From positions 256,001-320,000 of the forward strand of contig CAVXPZ010000004.1 in assembly GCA_963763775.1 (NCBI GenBank): 64,000 bases of DNA, given 5' to 3'. Under the pieces are notes generated by a model. It did not search any database. It saw only the letters and a program-made list of their open reading frames with translations, and was not told the origin of the DNA. A program made the translations under genes and the position numbers. Positions 61,557 through 64,000 of this stretch are shown in pieces (positions within the stretch are counted from its first letter, which is position 1; every line of letters begins with the position of its first letter). The stretch comes from an uncultured Chloroflexia bacterium (GTDB lineage Bacteria; Chloroflexota; Limnocylindria; Limnocylindrales; CSP1-4).

Positions 61557-62342
61557 ATGCGGACCGTGAAGGCGACCCGATACGTGACGGCCCTGCGCGA
61601 GGGCGGCTCGCTGCCGGGGCTCGTCGAGGCGGACGACGACGGCCTCTACGTCGTCAAGTTCCACGGTGCCGGCCAGGGTCCGCGCGCCCTCGTCGCCGAG
61701 TGGCTCGGCGGCGAGATCGCCCGGGCGCTCGGTCTCGCCGTGCCCGACCTCGTCGCGGTCGATCTCGACCCGGCGCTCGGCGACGCCGAACCGCACCAGG
61801 AGATCCAGGACCTCGTGCGCGCGAGCGGCGGCCTGAACCTGGGGCTCGACTTCCTGCCCGGGGCGCTGATGTTCAACCCGGCGTCGGCGACGTCCCTCGC
61901 GGCGATGGACCCGGAGACCGCCGCATCGATCGTGTGGCTGGACGGGCTCATCACGAACCCGGACCGGTCCGTCCAGAACCCGAACCTGCTCGTCTGGCAC
62001 GGTCGGACCTGGCTCATCGACCATGGTGCCGCCCTCTACATCCACCACACGTGGCGCGACCCCGAGGCACACGCCAGGCGGCCGTTCGACCGGCTCGCGG
62101 GCCACGTCCTGCTGCCGTTCGCTGGCTCGCTCGCCGATGCCGACGCTCGCCTCGCCGGACGCGTGGACGCCGCGCTCCTGCGCGACCTCGTCGACCAGAT
62201 CCCCGATGTCTGGCTGCCGTCGGATCCGCTCGGCGGCGACGCCGCGTCGCAGCGCCGACGATACGTCGACTACCTCGGCCGCCGGCTCGAGGCGCCGCGA
62301 CCGTTCGTCGAGGACGCCGAGCGTGCCCGTGCCGCCGCATGA
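61557..62342 (+). CDS. HipA-like kinase
   Basis: LREGGSLP, YVVKF, NPDRS..NPNLL, WLIDHG. Confidence 0.88.
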   Translation: MRTVKATRYVTALREGGSLPGLVEADDDGLYVVKFHGAGQGPRALVAEWLGGEIARALGLAVPDLVAVDLDPALGDAEPHQEIQDLVRASGGLNLGLDFLPGALMFNPASATSLAAMDPETAASIVWLDGLITNPDRSVQNPNLLVWHGRTWLIDHGAALYIHHTWRDPEAHARRPFDRLAGHVLLPFAGSLADADARLAGRVDAALLRDLVDQIPDVWLPSDPLGGDAASQRRRYVDYLGRRLEAPRPFVEDAERARAAA

Positions 62343-62373
62343 CCAGGACGCCGGGGTGAGCGGCGTGGGCCCG

Positions 62374-62769
62374 ATGAGCAGCGACCCGTCGGGGCGTGAT
62401 GTCTTCCAGTACGCGGTCGTCCGGGTGGTCCCGCGCGTGGAACGCGGTGAACAGCTCAACGTCGGTGTGATCCTGCTGTGCCGGGGCCGGCGCTATCTGG
62501 GGGCGAAGGTCGTCCTCGACGAGCGGCGGCTCAGCGCCCTCGCGCCGGAGCTCGATCTCGATGCGATCCGTCCGCATCTCGACGCGATCGAGCGGATCGC
62601 CGCCGGCGACCCGACGGCCGGGCCGATCGCCCGGCTGGACGCCGCCGAGCGGTTCCACTGGCTCGTCTCGCCCGCGAGCACGATCATCCAGCCATCGGAG
62701 GTCCACACGGGGCTGAGCGACGACCCGGCTCGCGAGCTGGACGACCTGGTCGAGAAACTGGTCCGGTAG
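62374..62769 (+). CDS. DUF3037 domain protein
   Basis: FQYAVVRVVPRVERGEQLNVGV..ERFHWLVSPASTIIQPSEVHTG. Confidence 0.88.
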   Translation: MSSDPSGRDVFQYAVVRVVPRVERGEQLNVGVILLCRGRRYLGAKVVLDERRLSALAPELDLDAIRPHLDAIERIAAGDPTAGPIARLDAAERFHWLVSPASTIIQPSEVHTGLSDDPARELDDLVEKLVR

Positions 62770-62790
62770 GGAGGGAGCCCCGGCGCGCGA

Positions 62791-63171
62791 TCAGGCGGCG
62801 AGATCGTCCGCGATGACCTCGATCATCGGCGCGTAGGCGGTCATGGTCGCGGGATCCTGGTTCCGCCACGCGTGCGTGCTGATCCACTCCGCGAGCCACT
62901 GCCGCTCGACGGGATCCGTGATGACCCTGGCCGTCGCCGGGACGTCGGCCACGACCGGACCCTTCAGATGGACGACCACTCGCGGATCCGCCTCGAGATT
63001 GAGGAGCCACGCTCGCTTGCGGTCGGCCCGAGGCATGCCCGAGATGTAGATCCGGCCATCGATCACGTGGTCGACGATCTCGATGCGCCTCGGCTGACCC
63101 GTCTTGCGGCCGATGGTGGTGATGTCGATCGTCTGCCCGTGCCGCAATGCGCGGCTGACCTGTTCGTCCAT
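62791..63171 (-). CDS. F420-dependent nitroreductase/DDN-like split-barrel protein
   Basis: ITTIGRKTGQPRRIEI, WLLNLEADPRV. Confidence 0.8.
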   Translation of the reverse strand: MDEQVSRALRHGQTIDITTIGRKTGQPRRIEIVDHVIDGRIYISGMPRADRKRAWLLNLEADPRVVVHLKGPVVADVPATARVITDPVERQWLAEWISTHAWRNQDPATMTAYAPMIEVIADDLAA

Positions 63172-63203
63172 GGCGGGGGTCGTGCTCCTCGTCCGCTGTT
63201 TGG

Positions 63204-63221
63204 TAGTTGCGAGAGCAACTA
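63204..63221. promoter_or_regulatory. Perfect palindrome, MarR-type operator candidate
   Basis: TAGTTGC-GAGA-GCAACTA directly downstream of minus-strand -10 TAGGCT. Confidence 0.6.
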
Positions 63222-63278
63222 GCCTACGTCGGACGCCGCGGTCGCGCAAACACCGGGTAGCGCCTGCTCGGGCGGGAC

Positions 63279-63854
63279 TCAGCCCTTGGCGGTCTTCGCC
63301 GCCTTCGCCTCGGCCTTTCGTGCGCGCTTGCCGGCCTGGTACGCGGCCAGCGACTCCGGCGAGTCGACATCGGCCAGCGTCGGGTTCGTGGTCACGACCG
63401 CCTCCCAGCCGGTCGGGTGGACGCCGAACCGTTTGGTCAGGATCGCGACCAGGGTCTTCGCCTTCATGTCGCCGATGCCGGGCAGACCGAGCAGGCGCGC
63501 CTCGAGATCCTTGCCGGTCGCGGCCTCCGACCACACTCGGCCGGCGTCGTTGCCGTACTCGTCGGCGATCGCCCGGCACAGGTCCTGGACGCGCGTCGCC
63601 ATCGCGCCAGGGAACCGGTGGAGCGCCGGCGGCTTGCGGAACACGGCGTCGAGGTCGGCCGGTTCCATGCCGGCGATCTTCGCGGCATCGAGATGCCCGA
63701 GCCGTCGCTGGAGCTCGAGCGGGCCGCTGAACGCCTTCTGGACGGTCACCTGCTGGTCGAGCTCGAAGCCGATGAGCAGGGCGAGCGGGTCGGTCGCGAG
63801 GAGGCGGTCCGCCTCGTCGTCACCGGTGAACGGCAGTCGGTCGATGGTGGTCAT
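63279..63854 (-). CDS. HhH-GPD-type base excision repair family protein
   Basis: DPLALLIGFELDQQV..KAFSGP, PPALHRFPGAM, LPGIGDMKA. Confidence 0.85.
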   Translation of the reverse strand: MTTIDRLPFTGDDEADRLLATDPLALLIGFELDQQVTVQKAFSGPLELQRRLGHLDAAKIAGMEPADLDAVFRKPPALHRFPGAMATRVQDLCRAIADEYGNDAGRVWSEAATGKDLEARLLGLPGIGDMKAKTLVAILTKRFGVHPTGWEAVVTTNPTLADVDSPESLAAYQAGKRARKAEAKAAKTAKG

Positions 63855-63890
63855 GGCGGCATGGTAGCCCGCGCTGCTACCCTCCGGACG

Positions 63891-64000
63891 ATGGCCCTCG
63901 ACCCCCGCCGCCCTCGCCTCATCGCCGCACGCCACCTCCTCGATGTCGCGACCGGGTCGTGGCTCGACGACCGTCGGATCCTCGTCGCGGCGGATCGGAT
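63891..64000 (+). CDS. Probable amidohydrolase, N-terminus only
   Basis: MALDPRRPRLIAARHLLDVATGSWLDDRRILVAADRI resembles the amidohydrolase N-terminal beta domain. Confidence 0.5.
   Translation, partial: MALDPRRPRLIAARHLLDVATGSWLDDRRILVAADR

Overview
Very GC-rich (roughly 70+%) bacterial chromosomal window with about 65 genes. Gene content and style suggest a soil or freshwater Chloroflexota, possibly class Limnocylindria; this is an inference, since no marker gene is present. Many genes carry 1-nt frameshifts that look like long-read assembly errors rather than real pseudogenes. The coding content is mostly housekeeping and accessory: pepA, adenosine deaminase, a STAND-type adenylate cyclase, ccsA, a cold-shock protein, a GT4/GH130 operon, class II ribonucleotide reductase nrdJ, five VOC genes, a two-component system with an ABC transporter, surface proteins, two thermonucleases, WYL, TetR/MFS, an acyl-ACP desaturase and a HipA-like kinase with DUF3037. 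No rRNA, tRNA, CRISPR array or transposase was seen. The most interesting signals are non-coding. (1) An unassigned ~370-nt multi-helix RNA candidate lies on the minus strand at ~55690-56056. (2) A c-di-GMP-I riboswitch sits directly on the RBS of an unannotated 35-aa hydrophobic peptide. (3) The complex region upstream of nrdJ holds a 183-bp rod-like palindrome downstream of a LexA-like box promoter, a helically phased DnaA-box-like array and two NrdR boxes. (4) An RBS-sequestering leader precedes a zinc-ribbon gene. (5) A shared operator-like motif links the WYL gene to a small downstream ORF.
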